Below, one piece after another: positions 29,773-40,370 of a stretch of 64,000 nt of DNA. A program made the position numbers and the translations under genes. The DNA comes from Acidobacteriota bacterium (lineage in GTDB: Bacteria; Acidobacteriota; UBA6911; RPQK01; JAJDTT01). Each line of letters opens with the position of its first letter. The stretch's first letter is position 1. Location: positions 835,826 through 899,825 of the forward strand of contig CBDCOR010000022.1 in assembly GCA_965219855.1 (NCBI GenBank), given 5' to 3'. The notes under the pieces are model-generated. The model did no database searches. It was not told where the DNA came from and was given only the letters and a program-made list of their open reading frames with translations.

Positions 29773-30546
29773 TTAAACGCTAGCTGACCAACCACCATCC
29801 ACAGGCAGCGCGGCCCCCGTGATCCAGGAGGCTTCGTCGGAGGCCAGAAAGACGCAGGCATGACCGATGTCGCGAGGTTTACCGAAGCGAGGTAGCGGTG
29901 TCCGCCGGCGAGACTCTTCAATCTGTTCTTCTGTCAGATAGTCCTGGATGGGCGTCTCAACGTAACCCGGACAGATGGCGTTGACGGTGACTCCATCCGG
30001 GGCCAGTTCGAGGGCGGTATCGCGCGTCAGGTTCACGACTCCGGCTTTGCTGGGCGCATACGCCGGTCCTGCCCCCCCGCCAAAGGCATTCACGGAAGCG
30101 ATATTGAGGATGCGACCTGCTACAGATTTCCTCAGCAGAGGGATGGCCATCTTGGTGGTCAGGAACAAGGCCCTCAGGTTCACGGCCATTACTCGATCCC
30201 AGTCTGCCACCGCGAGTGTTTCCGCGGTCCCAGGGATGTGCGTGCCGGCGTTGTTCACGAGGATGTCCAGCCCCTCGAAACGGGCGACGGTACGGTCGAA
30301 GAGGTCTCGAACCGAACTCTCCTGGGCCACATCGACCTGGACAAAGAGACCTTCGCCGCCGTGTGTCGTGATCTCCTCCAGCGTCGTGGTGGTCGTGTCG
30401 GTTGCGTAGTACCGGCCTTGTTTGGGCTGCTCCCGGATATCGGCGACCACAACCTTGGCACCCGCTCGAGCCAACTCAAGCGAAATCCCGCGTCCGATGC
30501 CAGCACTACCTCCGGTGACGATGGCGACTCGATTGGTCAAACGCAT
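29773..30546 (-). CDS. SDR-family oxidoreductase.
   Basis: TGGSAGIGRG glycine motif, NNAG, and a YAPSK catalytic Tyr/Lys. Confidence 0.8.
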   Translation of the reverse strand: MRLTNRVAIVTGGSAGIGRGISLELARAGAKVVVADIREQPKQGRYYATDTTTTTLEEITTHGGEGLFVQVDVAQESSVRDLFDRTVARFEGLDILVNNAGTHIPGTAETLAVADWDRVMAVNLRALFLTTKMAIPLLRKSVAGRILNIASVNAFGGGAGPAYAPSKAGVVNLTRDTALELAPDGVTVNAICPGYVETPIQDYLTEEQIEESRRRTPLPRFGKPRDIGHACVFLASDEASWITGAALPVDGGWSASV

Positions 30547-30867
30547 GAGCTTAATAGGTTACAGGCGAAGAAAAGAGGTCACAAGTCGCACTTCAGTCAA
30601 AAAGCGGTCGCAGGTCCCAGGGATACCATCTGAGGCGGAAGGTGGAATTCGGTTGCCGTTCGGGAAGGCTGAAGACTAGGGTGTGGGCGAAATAGAAATT
30701 TCTAGATCTGAAAGTACAAACAGTGTCAGAGTAGATCGCACCTGATCGGCCGCTTTCGCCCTGCGCAACGGTGAGGTCGTGTGGGATTTGAACGGGATGA
30801 CGCGGCCGGAGGTGAAGAGGTAGGAATCGAGAAATCCTGTAACCTATAACCGCTCAGCGCAAAGCCA

Positions 30868-32163
30868 ATGGCAACCAACCCCACCCGCGGCAAGCTTTCG
30901 GTCTTCTCTTGGTGCATGTACGATTTCGCCAATTCTTCCTTTACCACCCTGGTGGTCACCTTCATCTACGCCGCCTACTTTACCAAGGAGATGGCGGTAG
31001 ATGAGATCACGGGGACCTCCCTCTGGTCTCGATCGCTCACGGTTACCGCTCTGGTGGCCGCGGTGCTCGCCCCACCACTGGGAGCGCTGGCCGACCGTGG
31101 AGGTTACCGAAAGTTGCTTCTGTTTCTGTCGACCGCAGTAGCGGTTGTGGCCTCGGTTCTGCTCTACACTGCCGAGCCCGGCCAGGTGGTAAAGGCACTG
31201 CTCTGTTTCACCCTCGCCAATATTGCGTTCGAGATGGGGACTGTTTTCTATAACGCTTTTCTTCCTGATATTGCTGATCCCGAGCGGATCGGGCGCACCT
31301 CTGGCTTTGGCTGGTCGCTGGGCTATCTTGGAGGTTTGTCTGCGATGGCGCTGGCCATGGTGGCGTTGGTGCAGCCGACCGAGCCCTGGTTAGGATTCAG
31401 CAGGGAGAACGGCGAGAACTTCAGGGCCACCACGCTCCTGGTGGCTGGATGGTTTGCCGTGTTCAGCCTGCCTATTTTCCTCTGGGTCAAAGAGGACAAG
31501 TCGGCAATCACGAGGGGAAGAGGGGTCCTGGCCGCTTCGTTCCACCAATTGCTTGGTACCTTTCGAGAGGTGAAGCGGTATGAACAGATAGTTAGGTTTC
31601 TGCTCGCTCGTCTTTTCTACAACGATGGTCTGGTCACGATCTTCGCCTTCGGCGGTGTCTACGCCGTGGGTACCTTTGGATTCTCCTTAGAGGAACTCAC
31701 GATTTTCGGAATCGTCCTCAACGTGGCAGCTGGGATCGGAGCCTTTGCCCTGGGTTTCCTGGACGATTATCTGGGAAGTAAGCGAACCATACAGATTAGC
31801 TTGTGGGGGCTCATCCTGGCGTCCACAGCGGCGGTATTGACACACGAACGCTGGGTGTTCTGGATGGCCGCCACCCTCGTGGGAATCTGCGCAGGACCGA
31901 ACCAGGCCGCCAGCCGATCTCTGCTGGGTCGGTTTGTTCCGCCTAATAAGGAGAATGAATTCTACGGGCTGTTCGCCTTTTCTGGAAAAGCCACCGCCTT
32001 CCTTGGTCCTCTACTGTTGGGGGAGCTCACCCGGATCTTCTCAACTCAGCGCTTGGGTATGGCCGTGGTAGTGCTCTTCTTCGCTCTGGGCCTGTCACTG
32101 CTGGTGTCGGTGGATGAAGAGGCCGGCATCCTGATGGCCGGCCGCGCCCCGGTGGATCGCTAG
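30868..32163 (+). CDS. MFS transporter.
   Basis: 431 aa with about 12 TM helices. TAG stop. Confidence 0.75.
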   Translation: MATNPTRGKLSVFSWCMYDFANSSFTTLVVTFIYAAYFTKEMAVDEITGTSLWSRSLTVTALVAAVLAPPLGALADRGGYRKLLLFLSTAVAVVASVLLYTAEPGQVVKALLCFTLANIAFEMGTVFYNAFLPDIADPERIGRTSGFGWSLGYLGGLSAMALAMVALVQPTEPWLGFSRENGENFRATTLLVAGWFAVFSLPIFLWVKEDKSAITRGRGVLAASFHQLLGTFREVKRYEQIVRFLLARLFYNDGLVTIFAFGGVYAVGTFGFSLEELTIFGIVLNVAAGIGAFALGFLDDYLGSKRTIQISLWGLILASTAAVLTHERWVFWMAATLVGICAGPNQAASRSLLGRFVPPNKENEFYGLFAFSGKATAFLGPLLLGELTRIFSTQRLGMAVVVLFFALGLSLLVSVDEEAGILMAGRAPVDR

Positions 32164-32298
32164 GCCGCCTGGCGGAGTGCCTGCGGAACATCCCAGTTTA
32201 GGTATCCCCTTCCGGTGTTGGGGCAGACCATCGGAACTAGGTTTCAGAATCATTATTGAAAATCATCTAACGTCATTGAGCCCAAAATTGCCCTATCT

Positions 32299-32316
32299 TG
32301 TACACTGGTGTACAAT
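32299..32316. promoter_or_regulatory. Perfect inverted repeat TTGTACAC-TG-GTGTACAA immediately upstream of the vapB start. Candidate autoregulatory operator.
   Basis: It lies 8 nt upstream of the antitoxin ATG. Confidence 0.4.
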
Positions 32317-32323
32317 CGATACC

Positions 32324-32578
32324 ATGAAGGTGACGATTACCGAGGCGCGACGGAGGCTGCCGGAACTGGTTAGCAGGGTCAAGGAGGATGAGGGTCTACG
32401 CGTCCGGATTACCGTCCATGGAGATGTGGCGGCTGAGTTGCGAAGCTGCCCTATCGATCCGCCTCTTGGCGCGGCGGCGAAACGGCTTAGGGAACTCATG
32501 GCCCGACTTCCGGCTCATCGGGGAGGTAAACGAAATATCTCTGAGCAGATCAACCAAAATCTCTACACCAAGAAGTGA
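32324..32578 (+). CDS. vapB: Type II antitoxin (Phd/YefM-like or VapB-like).
   Basis: 84 aa starting MKVTITEARRRLPELV. Its stop overlaps the toxin start. Confidence 0.6.
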   Translation: MKVTITEARRRLPELVSRVKEDEGLRVRITVHGDVAAELRSCPIDPPLGAAAKRLRELMARLPAHRGGKRNISEQINQNLYTKK

Positions 32579-32991
32579 CGCTCCCACCGCGCCTCTTCTG
32601 TGACACGTCGTTCTTCTATGCTTGCCTGGATTCCTCAGATGTGAATCATTCCCGCGCCGGCCAGCTTATCGAGGAGCTTGTCGCCTCGGGTAGCGACTTC
32701 ACGACTACCTGGGATGTTGTCAGCGAAACCGCGACACTCTTGCGTTACCGCCACTCGTTCGCCGCCGCTTGGACATTCCTGAGTGAGGTCAAGCCGACGC
32801 TTCGGGTTGTCCAATACGGAGACAGAACAAGAGCCGAAGCGGAAGAGGTTTTTCGAATCTACGCGAAGGATCGCCGACTTTCCTATTGCGATGCAGTCTC
32901 CTTCGTTGTCGTGACCAGCCTGCTCAACAACCTACCTTGCCTAGCGTTTGATCGTGACTTTCAGAGATTGGGGCTGACCGTGCTGACTTGA
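32575..32991 (+). CDS. vapC: PIN-domain toxin VapC.
   Basis: 138 aa. The acidic PIN residues are in place (DTSFF..., WDVVSE, CDAVS). Confidence 0.8.
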   Translation: MTLPPRLFCDTSFFYACLDSSDVNHSRAGQLIEELVASGSDFTTTWDVVSETATLLRYRHSFAAAWTFLSEVKPTLRVVQYGDRTRAEAEEVFRIYAKDRRLSYCDAVSFVVVTSLLNNLPCLAFDRDFQRLGLTVLT

Positions 32992-33065
32992 CCCGGATTT
33001 TTCGTCGCCCGTCGTAGCGAGGCAACGAAAAGCCTTTTTCACAAGGCGCTCGATCATTCAGGGGG

Positions 33066-33296
33066 GAACTTCAGACGGACGGGTGTGGCGACGGTCTCCA
33101 GGCCGCCGTGCGTCGAGTCAACGGCTCGACGGAAGAATACTTCGTCCTGGAGACCGAAGCTACGTCCGAGTTTCAGGTCAGTGCCACCCCCAGCGTTGCT
33201 GCCGCATTCGAGAAAGAAACTTTCGTTGTCTCTAGGCACGAACATCGACAGCGGCGATTCCTACGCCGGTCAATGCTCGATGAAGTTTCAGCTTAG
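33066..33296. repeat. Family-4 palindromic element, a longer variant.
   Basis: GAACTTCAGACGG ... CTCCAGGCCGCCG ... CCTGGAGACCGAAGCTACGTCC ... GATGAAGTTTCAGCTTAGG, shared with 11506-11630. Confidence 0.45.
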
Positions 33297-33335
33297 GAGA
33301 AGTAAATAAATAAAGGTGTCAATATATAGTTAGTA

Positions 33336-34574
33336 ATGCTATGCTGCACATGCATGGATACGCTGACCGAATTGACGGAGAAATTCCGCTCTGTATGGCC
33401 CCTGTTGGATGAACGAACGCGGCGGATTATGGCGGCCAGTGAAGCGAGAGCGTTGGGCCATGGCGGAGTCAGTTTGGTACGCCGTGCCTGCGGACTGTCG
33501 CGCAAGGCAATCGCTAAAGGAATCCGTGAAATCGAAGAGGGTTTCGTGCCCATGGAAGGCCGCATCCGGCGGCCCGGAGCCGGAGGCAAGCCCCTGACGG
33601 TTTCGGACCCGGGGCTGGTGGAGCAATTGGAAGAAATGAGCGAGGTCCAAACTCGGGGTGACCCGGAGTCTCCGTTGCGTTGGATTTGCAAGAGCACGCG
33701 GGCCATCGCGAAAGAACTGGCCCGGCACAAACACCCGGTCAGTCATACGAAGGTGGCGCAGATCCTTCACGACCTCGACTACAGTCTGCAGAGCAATCGG
33801 AAGACCGAGGAAGGGAAAGATCATCCGGACCGCGACGCCCAGTTTCGGCACATCAGCGCCACCGTCAGACACTGCCTGAGGGAAGGCAGTCCGGTCATTT
33901 CCGTGGATACCAAGAAGAAAGAACTCATCGGCAACTACGACAACGCGGGCCAGCAATGGCTTCCCGCCGGGCAGCCGATCAAGGTTCAGGGTCATGACTT
34001 TCCCACTCCCGACGTTCCCCGTGCCTATCCTTACGGCGTTTATGACATTGGGCGCAATACCGGCTTTGTCAATGTCGGCACCGATCACGACACGGGAGCG
34101 TTTGCGGTCGCCTCCATTCGCGGCTGGTGGCGCCAGGAAGGGAGACGGATCTATCCGAATGCAAGAACGATACTGATCACCGCCGACGCCGGCGGGAGCA
34201 ACGGTTGGCGGTTGCGCCTTTGGAAATTTGAGTTGCAGAAGTTCGCAGACGAAACGGGCCTCCCGGCTTCGGTCTGTCATTTTCCACCCGGCACCAGCAA
34301 ATGGAACAAGATCGAACACCGCCTCTTTTCTTTCATCTCTTCGAACTGGCGCGGCGAACCTTTACGAGACTACGAAACAATTGTTCAACTCATCGCGAAG
34401 ACAACGACAGCTAAAGGACTCAAAGTGACGTGCCGGCTAGATCGTCGCAAGTATCCCACTGGACGCAAAGTCTCCAATGAAGAAATGAAGCGAATCCAGA
34501 TGCGGCCCAACCCGTTATTTCGCAAGTTGCACCATGAACTTAACAACCGCGCGGGGTGTAAAAAACTGCCCTAA
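33336..34574 (+). CDS. ISAzo13-type (Rhodopirellula-type DDE) transposase, apparently 3'-truncated.
   Basis: The N-terminus LTEKFRSVWPLLDERTRRIMAASEARALGHGGVSLVRRACGLSRKAIAKG matches ISAzo13-family transposases. The C-terminal 22 aa read through an antisense RM-gene fragment, so no family-typical C-terminus is expected. Confidence 0.65.
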   Translation: MLCCTCMDTLTELTEKFRSVWPLLDERTRRIMAASEARALGHGGVSLVRRACGLSRKAIAKGIREIEEGFVPMEGRIRRPGAGGKPLTVSDPGLVEQLEEMSEVQTRGDPESPLRWICKSTRAIAKELARHKHPVSHTKVAQILHDLDYSLQSNRKTEEGKDHPDRDAQFRHISATVRHCLREGSPVISVDTKKKELIGNYDNAGQQWLPAGQPIKVQGHDFPTPDVPRAYPYGVYDIGRNTGFVNVGTDHDTGAFAVASIRGWWRQEGRRIYPNARTILITADAGGSNGWRLRLWKFELQKFADETGLPASVCHFPPGTSKWNKIEHRLFSFISSNWRGEPLRDYETIVQLIAKTTTAKGLKVTCRLDRRKYPTGRKVSNEEMKRIQMRPNPLFRKLHHELNNRAGCKKLP

Positions 34575-35577
34575 TGCCTTACCACGCATCGTTGCGGTGA
34601 GAAACGTTTCGAACAAGCGGCCGTTCAAATCCTCATCGACAGTGTAGAGATCAAGGTGCTCAAGGAATAAGACCGCAGCCTTCACAGTCAGAGGCGCTAG
34701 TTGAATGCCCTCACTGGGCTCAAATATCCGCTTCTTTTCACCTTTTGCGATCTGAGCCTCAAGTTGCTTTGCGAGTTGAGCGAAAAGGATTGTATCGATG
34801 GGGTTGTCCGTCGTACTTTCCATCTGCTCAATCCAATCAACAGAAAAGCGAACCGCATCGGCTGGCACGGCCTCCGCCCCGGCTTCGATCTTGTTTTCAA
34901 TCAAATACTCACCGAGGCGACGGTCTTCGTCGATCTTCACAAACATGACCTTGGCGAACTCGTAAAACGCAGAGGCGGGGCTACGCTTTTCGGCTTTCCA
35001 GATCCTCCGATGGCAAGACTCGAAGATAGCCGGAAGCTCCACAGGGTGCAACAGAGCGAAAATCGAAGGTGTTCCCCTTCGTGCCTTGACCTGTAGGGAT
35101 CTCAGTCAACGAATCGCGGGCTATAGCTGAACAAAGGGCCTCAAACACGGGATGCCCATCAACAAGTTCAGCGAACGCCAGTGAATGCATCACTTTGTCG
35201 CTATCGTAGTGCTTGACGACCAACCGATGCCCGTTGATGCCCATGCAATACTGCTCGGGCTTCGGCTCCGACATTCGTCGGCGAATCACTGAGGCGTAGA
35301 GCTGCGCATCGTGGACTCCAGCTTGAGCGCTTTCATTGGGGTGTTTGGCGTCAATAATCAGAACAGGCTTGACCCCTTTGGTTTCAAGATAGTCTGCCCC
35401 GTACCCAAGATGTGCCAGTAGGGCATGATAGCCGGTGCCAAGAACCTGAGAATGGTACAGGTGACCCATGCCGGGGCGATTGCCGGTAATCCGCTGGAAC
35501 CAGATTTGGATCAGGCTTACCTGGGATTTTCCCTCAAGATACTCAAGGCTCGCGGAATCCTGATGGGCAACAGCCAC
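34515..35577 (-). pseudogene. Fragment of a type I restriction-modification methylase (N-terminal domains only) with an internal frameshift.
   Basis: Two overlapping ORFs are present. The upstream one has an HSDR_N-like block (PVLIIDAKHPNESAQ). The downstream one ends at the HsdM motif GQFFTPRAVVKFMVQLAK, immediately before the catalytic region, which is absent. Confidence 0.6.
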
Positions 35578-36315
35578 GGCAACAGTGTTTTGGTGGCGGA
35601 GCAGGCGGTCACGTTCCTGCTGGTCCTGGCCAAGCGGATGGTTCAGGCGGATCGCGCCCTTTCCGATGGGAAGTGGTATCCCTCCACAGAGTCGACGCGT
35701 AGCGTGACGATCAAGGGGAGCACCGTAGCTATCGTCGGTCTGGGAGCGATCGGTCAGGAAGTTGCCAGGCGAGTCCGAGCCTTCGGAGCAAGTGTCACTG
35801 CGATCAAGAGGTACCCCGCACCCGAGCTGGTCGAAGAACTCGGACTCGATTTTCTGGGCGGACCTGAGGACTTACATAAGGTGCTTTCCGAGGCTGATTT
35901 CGTGGTGCTGACGACGCCTCTTACTCGTGAGACCTACAAAATGATCGGTGAGGCGGAACTGGGCACGATGAAGAAGACGGCCTTTCTGATCAACGTTGCG
36001 CGGGGGGACCTGGTACAGGAAAAGGCTGTCTACCAGGCCCTGACCGGGGGTGGGATCGCTGGTTTCGCCAGCGATGTCTGGTGGTTCTACGATTGCAGAC
36101 CTTTCACCGAAGACTTTCTAACCATCGGATACTTCTGTCCTGTTCCTTCAAGGTTGGGTGTCCACAGGCTGGAAAACGTCATCGCAACCGGCGATCGCTC
36201 CTGTTTCACGACGACGATGGAAGAGGATTACATGAAGGACGCGCTGCAGAACGTCGACATGCTGGCCGCGGGAAAAACTCCCGCAAACCTGGTCGATTTG
36301 GACGCACAGTACTAG
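35425..36315 (+). CDS. D-isomer-specific 2-hydroxyacid dehydrogenase family, probably 5'-truncated or degenerate.
   Basis: The NAD-binding domain is intact (VAIVGLGAIGQEVARR). The substrate-binding N-terminus is short and atypical. It overlaps the RM fragment on the other strand. Confidence 0.5.
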   Translation: MIAGAKNLRMVQVTHAGAIAGNPLEPDLDQAYLGFSLKILKARGILMGNSHGNSVLVAEQAVTFLLVLAKRMVQADRALSDGKWYPSTESTRSVTIKGSTVAIVGLGAIGQEVARRVRAFGASVTAIKRYPAPELVEELGLDFLGGPEDLHKVLSEADFVVLTTPLTRETYKMIGEAELGTMKKTAFLINVARGDLVQEKAVYQALTGGGIAGFASDVWWFYDCRPFTEDFLTIGYFCPVPSRLGVHRLENVIATGDRSCFTTTMEEDYMKDALQNVDMLAAGKTPANLVDLDAQY

Positions 36316-36324
36316 GTTATGATT

Positions 36325-36366
36325 AAGAGGTCCCACGTCGGAACGTCTGAACGTCGCACGTCCCAG
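36325..36366. repeat. REP-like element, left arm only.
   Basis: AAGAGGTCCCACGTCGGAACGTCTGAACGTCGCACGTCCCAGG with no matching right arm before the IS1634 copy 2 end. Confidence 0.4.
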
Positions 36367-36444
36367 GTCACGGCTCACCGGTAGTATTTTCCAACCTTCA
36401 GGTTTGCGCTACTGTCAGTCCAAAGCAGTCTGTTGCCGGCTAAG

Positions 36445-38401
36445 CCGAAGTTACCCTGAAAACTAGCTGAAAAACAACCTGTAAGCCATTGTGGATCATC
36501 AGGTAAGGGTCTTTTTGTATTCGACAATCTGTACCCATGTAATAGTTGGTTTAGTGTCCTTTATTGTCGGTAGTATGTGATATTATAGTGCCCATGTACA
36601 TCGAATCCGTTCCCAACCGCAACTCGCCCCCGGCCATTCTCCTGCGCGAGTCCTACCGGCAAGCCGGCAAGGTGCGCAAGCGCACTCTGGCTAACCTCAG
36701 CAAGTGGCCCGCGGAGATCGTCGAAGGCCTGCGCAGCCTCTTGAAGGGAGGCTCCGTCATCTCCGACTTGAGCCAAGCCTTCCAGGTCCAGCGCACTCGC
36801 CCCCATGGTCATGTGGCGGCCGTCTTGGGTACCCTGCGCCGCCTCGGTTTGGAGCGCTTACTGGCCACTCGCAACAGCCTGCAGCGCCGCCTGGTAGTGG
36901 CCCTGATCGTGGCGCGCATCCTGGAGCCCCGCTCCAAGCTGGCCACCGCACGCGGATGGGATCCCCAGACCCTGTCCAGCAGCTTGGGCGAGCTCTTACA
37001 GGTGGAGGCCGCGACGGCCGATGATCTGTACGGCGCCTTGGACTGGCTGCTCGTTCGACAACCAAAGATTGAAAACCAGCTGGCGGCTCAGCGCCTGCAG
37101 GACGGTTGCCTCGTGATCTACGACGTCACCTCGACCTACTTCGAAGGGAGGAGTTGCCCGTTGGCCCAGCGGGGGTATTCCCGAGACGGCAAAGGGGGTA
37201 CGCTGCAGATCGTCTTCGGCCTGCTGTGCGAAAGGCTGCCCCGTCGCGGTCGAGGTCTTCGAAGGCAACCGAGCGGACCCCACAACAGTGACCAGCCAAA
37301 TCCAAAAACTGCGCCAACGCTTCGGGTTGCGCTCGGTGGTGGTGGTCGCCGATCGAGGAATGCTGACGGAAGCCCGCATTCGGGAGGAGCTCAAGCCGCT
37401 GCCCGGCATGGGCTGGATCACGGCCCTGCGAGGCCCTCAGATCCGCAAACTGTTTCAATCCGGTCCGCTGCAGCTGTCCCTGTTTGATCAACGCGACCTG
37501 GCCGAGATCCAGAGCCCGGACTACCCCGGGGAACGGCTCATTGTCTGCCGTAATCCCCTCTTAGCGGAGGAACGGGCCCGCAATCGCCAGCAACTGCTCC
37601 AGGCGACCGAGCTGGAGTTGGAGAAGATTGTCCAGGCAACGCAACGTCCGAAGCGTCGCTTCAAGGGCAAGGATCGGATTGCCCTGCGGGTGGGCAAAGT
37701 CCTCAACCGCTACAAAGTGGGCAAGCATTTTGTCCTGGAGATCGGCGAGGAGTCCTTCTCCTACCAGCGCCGGCAGGAGCGCATCGAGCAGGAGGCGGCA
37801 CTGGACGGGATCTATGTGATTCGCACCAACCTGGCCCGCGAGCAAATGGATGCCGAACAAACGGTGGCTGCCTACAAGGGGTTGTCCGTCGCCGAACGGG
37901 CCTTCCGCAGCTGTAAGAGTGTCGATCTGAAGGTCCGACCCATTTACCACCATCTGGAGGATCGGGTCCGCGCTCACGTCTTTCTGTGCATGCTTGCCTA
38001 CTACGTCGAGTGGCACATGCGACAGAAGTTAGCTCCGATCCTGTTCGACGACGAGGATCCCGAGGCGGGGAGGCAGCTTCGCGATTCGGTGGTGGCACCC
38101 TCTCAGCGCTCTCCTCAGGCCCTCCGCAAGGCTCACCGCAAGCGCACCGTTGAGGGTGGGCCCGTGCACAGCTTTCAGACCTTGCTCAGCGATTTGGCCA
38201 CGATCTCCAAAAACCGGATTCAGCCGCAGTTGCCCGGCTCAGCAGCCTTCGACAAAATCACCCGTCCCACATCGCTTCAGCAGCGAGCCCTGGATCTCCT
38301 CGGCGTTCGTCTATAATGTACCCAGTACCGACGCAGCTGATTTGTAGCATTACCCCAATCTTAACAATAGGTTACATCACTTTTCTACGAGGTAACTTAG
38401 G
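36445..38401 (+). mobile_element. IS1634-family insertion sequence, copy 2, about 99% identical to copy 1.
   Basis: It has the same terminal inverted repeats as copy 1. 1957 bp. No clean target duplication (flanks GCTAAG / ATTAAC). Confidence 0.85.
36564..38316 (+). pseudogene. IS1634-family transposase disrupted by a frameshift.
   Basis: Copy 1 reads GACCGTCAAGGCTGCCCTGTC where copy 2 reads GAAAGGCTGCCCCGTC (5 nt shorter). This splits the ORF into 36564-37487 and 37288-38316. Confidence 0.8.
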
Positions 38402-38769
38402 ATTAACAGTTCGTCGTACATGAAGCGTCCGGACCAGCGGCTGTCCTCGCCTGTTTTTGAAATCCATCTTGAGAAGATATTGGTTCCGGTCAACGCTTAT
38501 TGAGGACGAGCTGGTGTGGTTGAAGCCTCGTGAGGGGTCGGTGTTGGGATCCGGATAGAAGGGCAGCAGCTTGAGAGCAACCGGATTGAGGCGCTCCGCA
38601 GGAATCGTGTTGTTGGGAAGATTCTCTCCGGTCAAAGGATCGAGAATCGCTTCCGAGAATCTCCCCGCTCTTTCTTCGCCTGTGGGTACGTTTCCCGTGA
38701 AGGAAAGGAAGCGGCGAATCCGCTCCCCACTGTAGGAGCCGAACCACCAGGCCTTGTCCTTGCCCTGTC
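38402..38769 (-). pseudogene. Internal fragment of an Oar-like TonB-dependent receptor, cut at its 3' side by IS1634 copy 2.
   Basis: The frame reads ...GRFSEAILDPLTGENLPNNTIPAERLNPVALKLLPFYPDPNTDPSRGFNHTSS... and runs directly into the IS right end. Confidence 0.45.
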
Positions 38770-39140
38770 CGCTCCACCGAGACGGGAATCATGTGGAGGT
38801 TCAGGAGCCGGTCCAGACGATAGGCCGCGATGTTGTACTTGTAGGAGTCCCGGAAGTTGACCTCCATTCCCCGAGCCGTGGCATAGGAGGACTTCGACAC
38901 GTCGACCGACTGGATGCTGGCGTCGTGAGTGTAACTTCGATCGGAAAACGTGGCCCGCTTGGTCCCGGTCACACCCGTGTGGACCTTCTTCATCTTCATC
39001 ACCTCTGCCCTTATCAGGAATGATTCCTTGTCGGCGTCCGACCAGTTGGAAAGAGGAGCGGGACTCTCCTGTGACCACACCTGGGATGAAGAAACGAACA
39101 GAGTAAAGGCCAACAAGGGGGCAGCACATCTGCCTCCCAT
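38770..39140 (-). pseudogene. N-terminal fragment (signal peptide plus about 100 aa) of a paralog of the secreted kinase-like protein at 40371-41216.
   Basis: SNWSDADKESFLIRAEVMKMKKVHTGVTGTKRATFSDRSYTHDASIQSVDVSKSSYATARGMEVNFRDSYKYNIAAYRLDRLLNLHMIPVSVE aligns with the intact paralog. Homology ends abruptly at 38770. Confidence 0.5.
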
Positions 39141-40370
39141 TGACGTTCTCCTGGACGCCGAGCGAGGGCGCTTCGCATTGGGTGGAGACAGGTTGGGGAA
39201 GCCGGTCGCGTTCAGATCAAAGGCAGAAATGAAATGTTGCATGAGATTGACCTCCTGGGTCCGTGTTTGTGTGCTCAATAGCGACGGATTTCAGGTCCAC
39301 AAACTACAGACACGATCGAACCTTCATTGGGCCGGTACACTGGGACAGGTTCGAGGGCTGACGCGTCGGCGGCGGCAATCCCCACAACTTCTTTTCACCT
39401 AGGCCCTGGCTACGGCCTGTTCCTGATCCTGGCGCAGTCCTTGGCCAGCAGCTCGGGATTTTCCGTGTTGTGAGTCTGCCGGCAAGTTTCGACAGTTCCT
39501 TTCTCTAGCTGGAACATCCGATCATTCGATTCTCCGTTCCAATCCGCCAGCTAGTCCGCGGGGGCTCGAGTGTAGAGGTAGAGCGATATCACCCAGCCTA
39601 GCAGCCTCGCCTAGCTGCGCTATGAAATTCATGCGAAGACTCAAGAGTAGACATCCCACTTCGCCCTTGTGAGCCAACGCAGTGCAGAATCTCTATCCTC
39701 AGTGGCTGAAACGCAAGAGCCATGCCAAAGTCTTCGAGGCTAATCCTCCTCTTTCAGATCTCGCGTAACTTGTTCACCGAAAAGGAGAAGCCCACTTATA
39801 GTTGGAATTGGCTATGTCACGGAGGAGGGACGAGAGGGCTGGAGTGTTATCCCTTTGGATAGTTCGATTATCCAATCGGATAGTCCCGCCATCTTGGGAA
39901 TCGCTCGATGCGGCCGAGGTATGCCGTATATAAGCCACTTGGACGTATCGCCCCTGCCGCAGAAGTGCCCTGGGTCTAGAAGGCACCTCCAGAGCGGCGT
40001 GACAGAGTCGCTCGATTTGCTGCCAGCGCTCAGATTTCATGGCCCCCAGGCTTGCAGCAGTTGGCTAGTTTCCTGTGTCGAAACGCTCGCCATTGGGGCC
40101 TCCTCGCAGCAATTGCAGCCCAGTTTAGCACCCTCCGGTTGTCCCCCTAGCCCGCGCCAAAGCTTTGCGTGGGAATGATAGTTCGTCGGCAAGGATTGCG
40201 TTTTGACCATTGAGGACATCTGTGAGAGTCTATGAAAAAGATGCCCAGAAGAGCTGCTCCCTCGAGGAAAACAGCCGCTTTTTTCCCTCTGGGAATCCAG
40301 AAGTGTGTGGGATAGCCGCTTCGGCGATCTCTACAGCTGCCACTGTTGGATTAAATCAGGAGGTAAGCAA

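Noticed and set aside
22426-36444. The possibility that the 14-kb segment between the two IS1634 copies is a composite transposon.
   Set aside because: Copy 1 has its own clean 6-bp duplication and interrupts a gene, so it is a simple insertion. Copy 2 has no matching duplication with copy 1's outer flank. The pair can still mediate recombination, but there is no evidence of en-bloc transposition.
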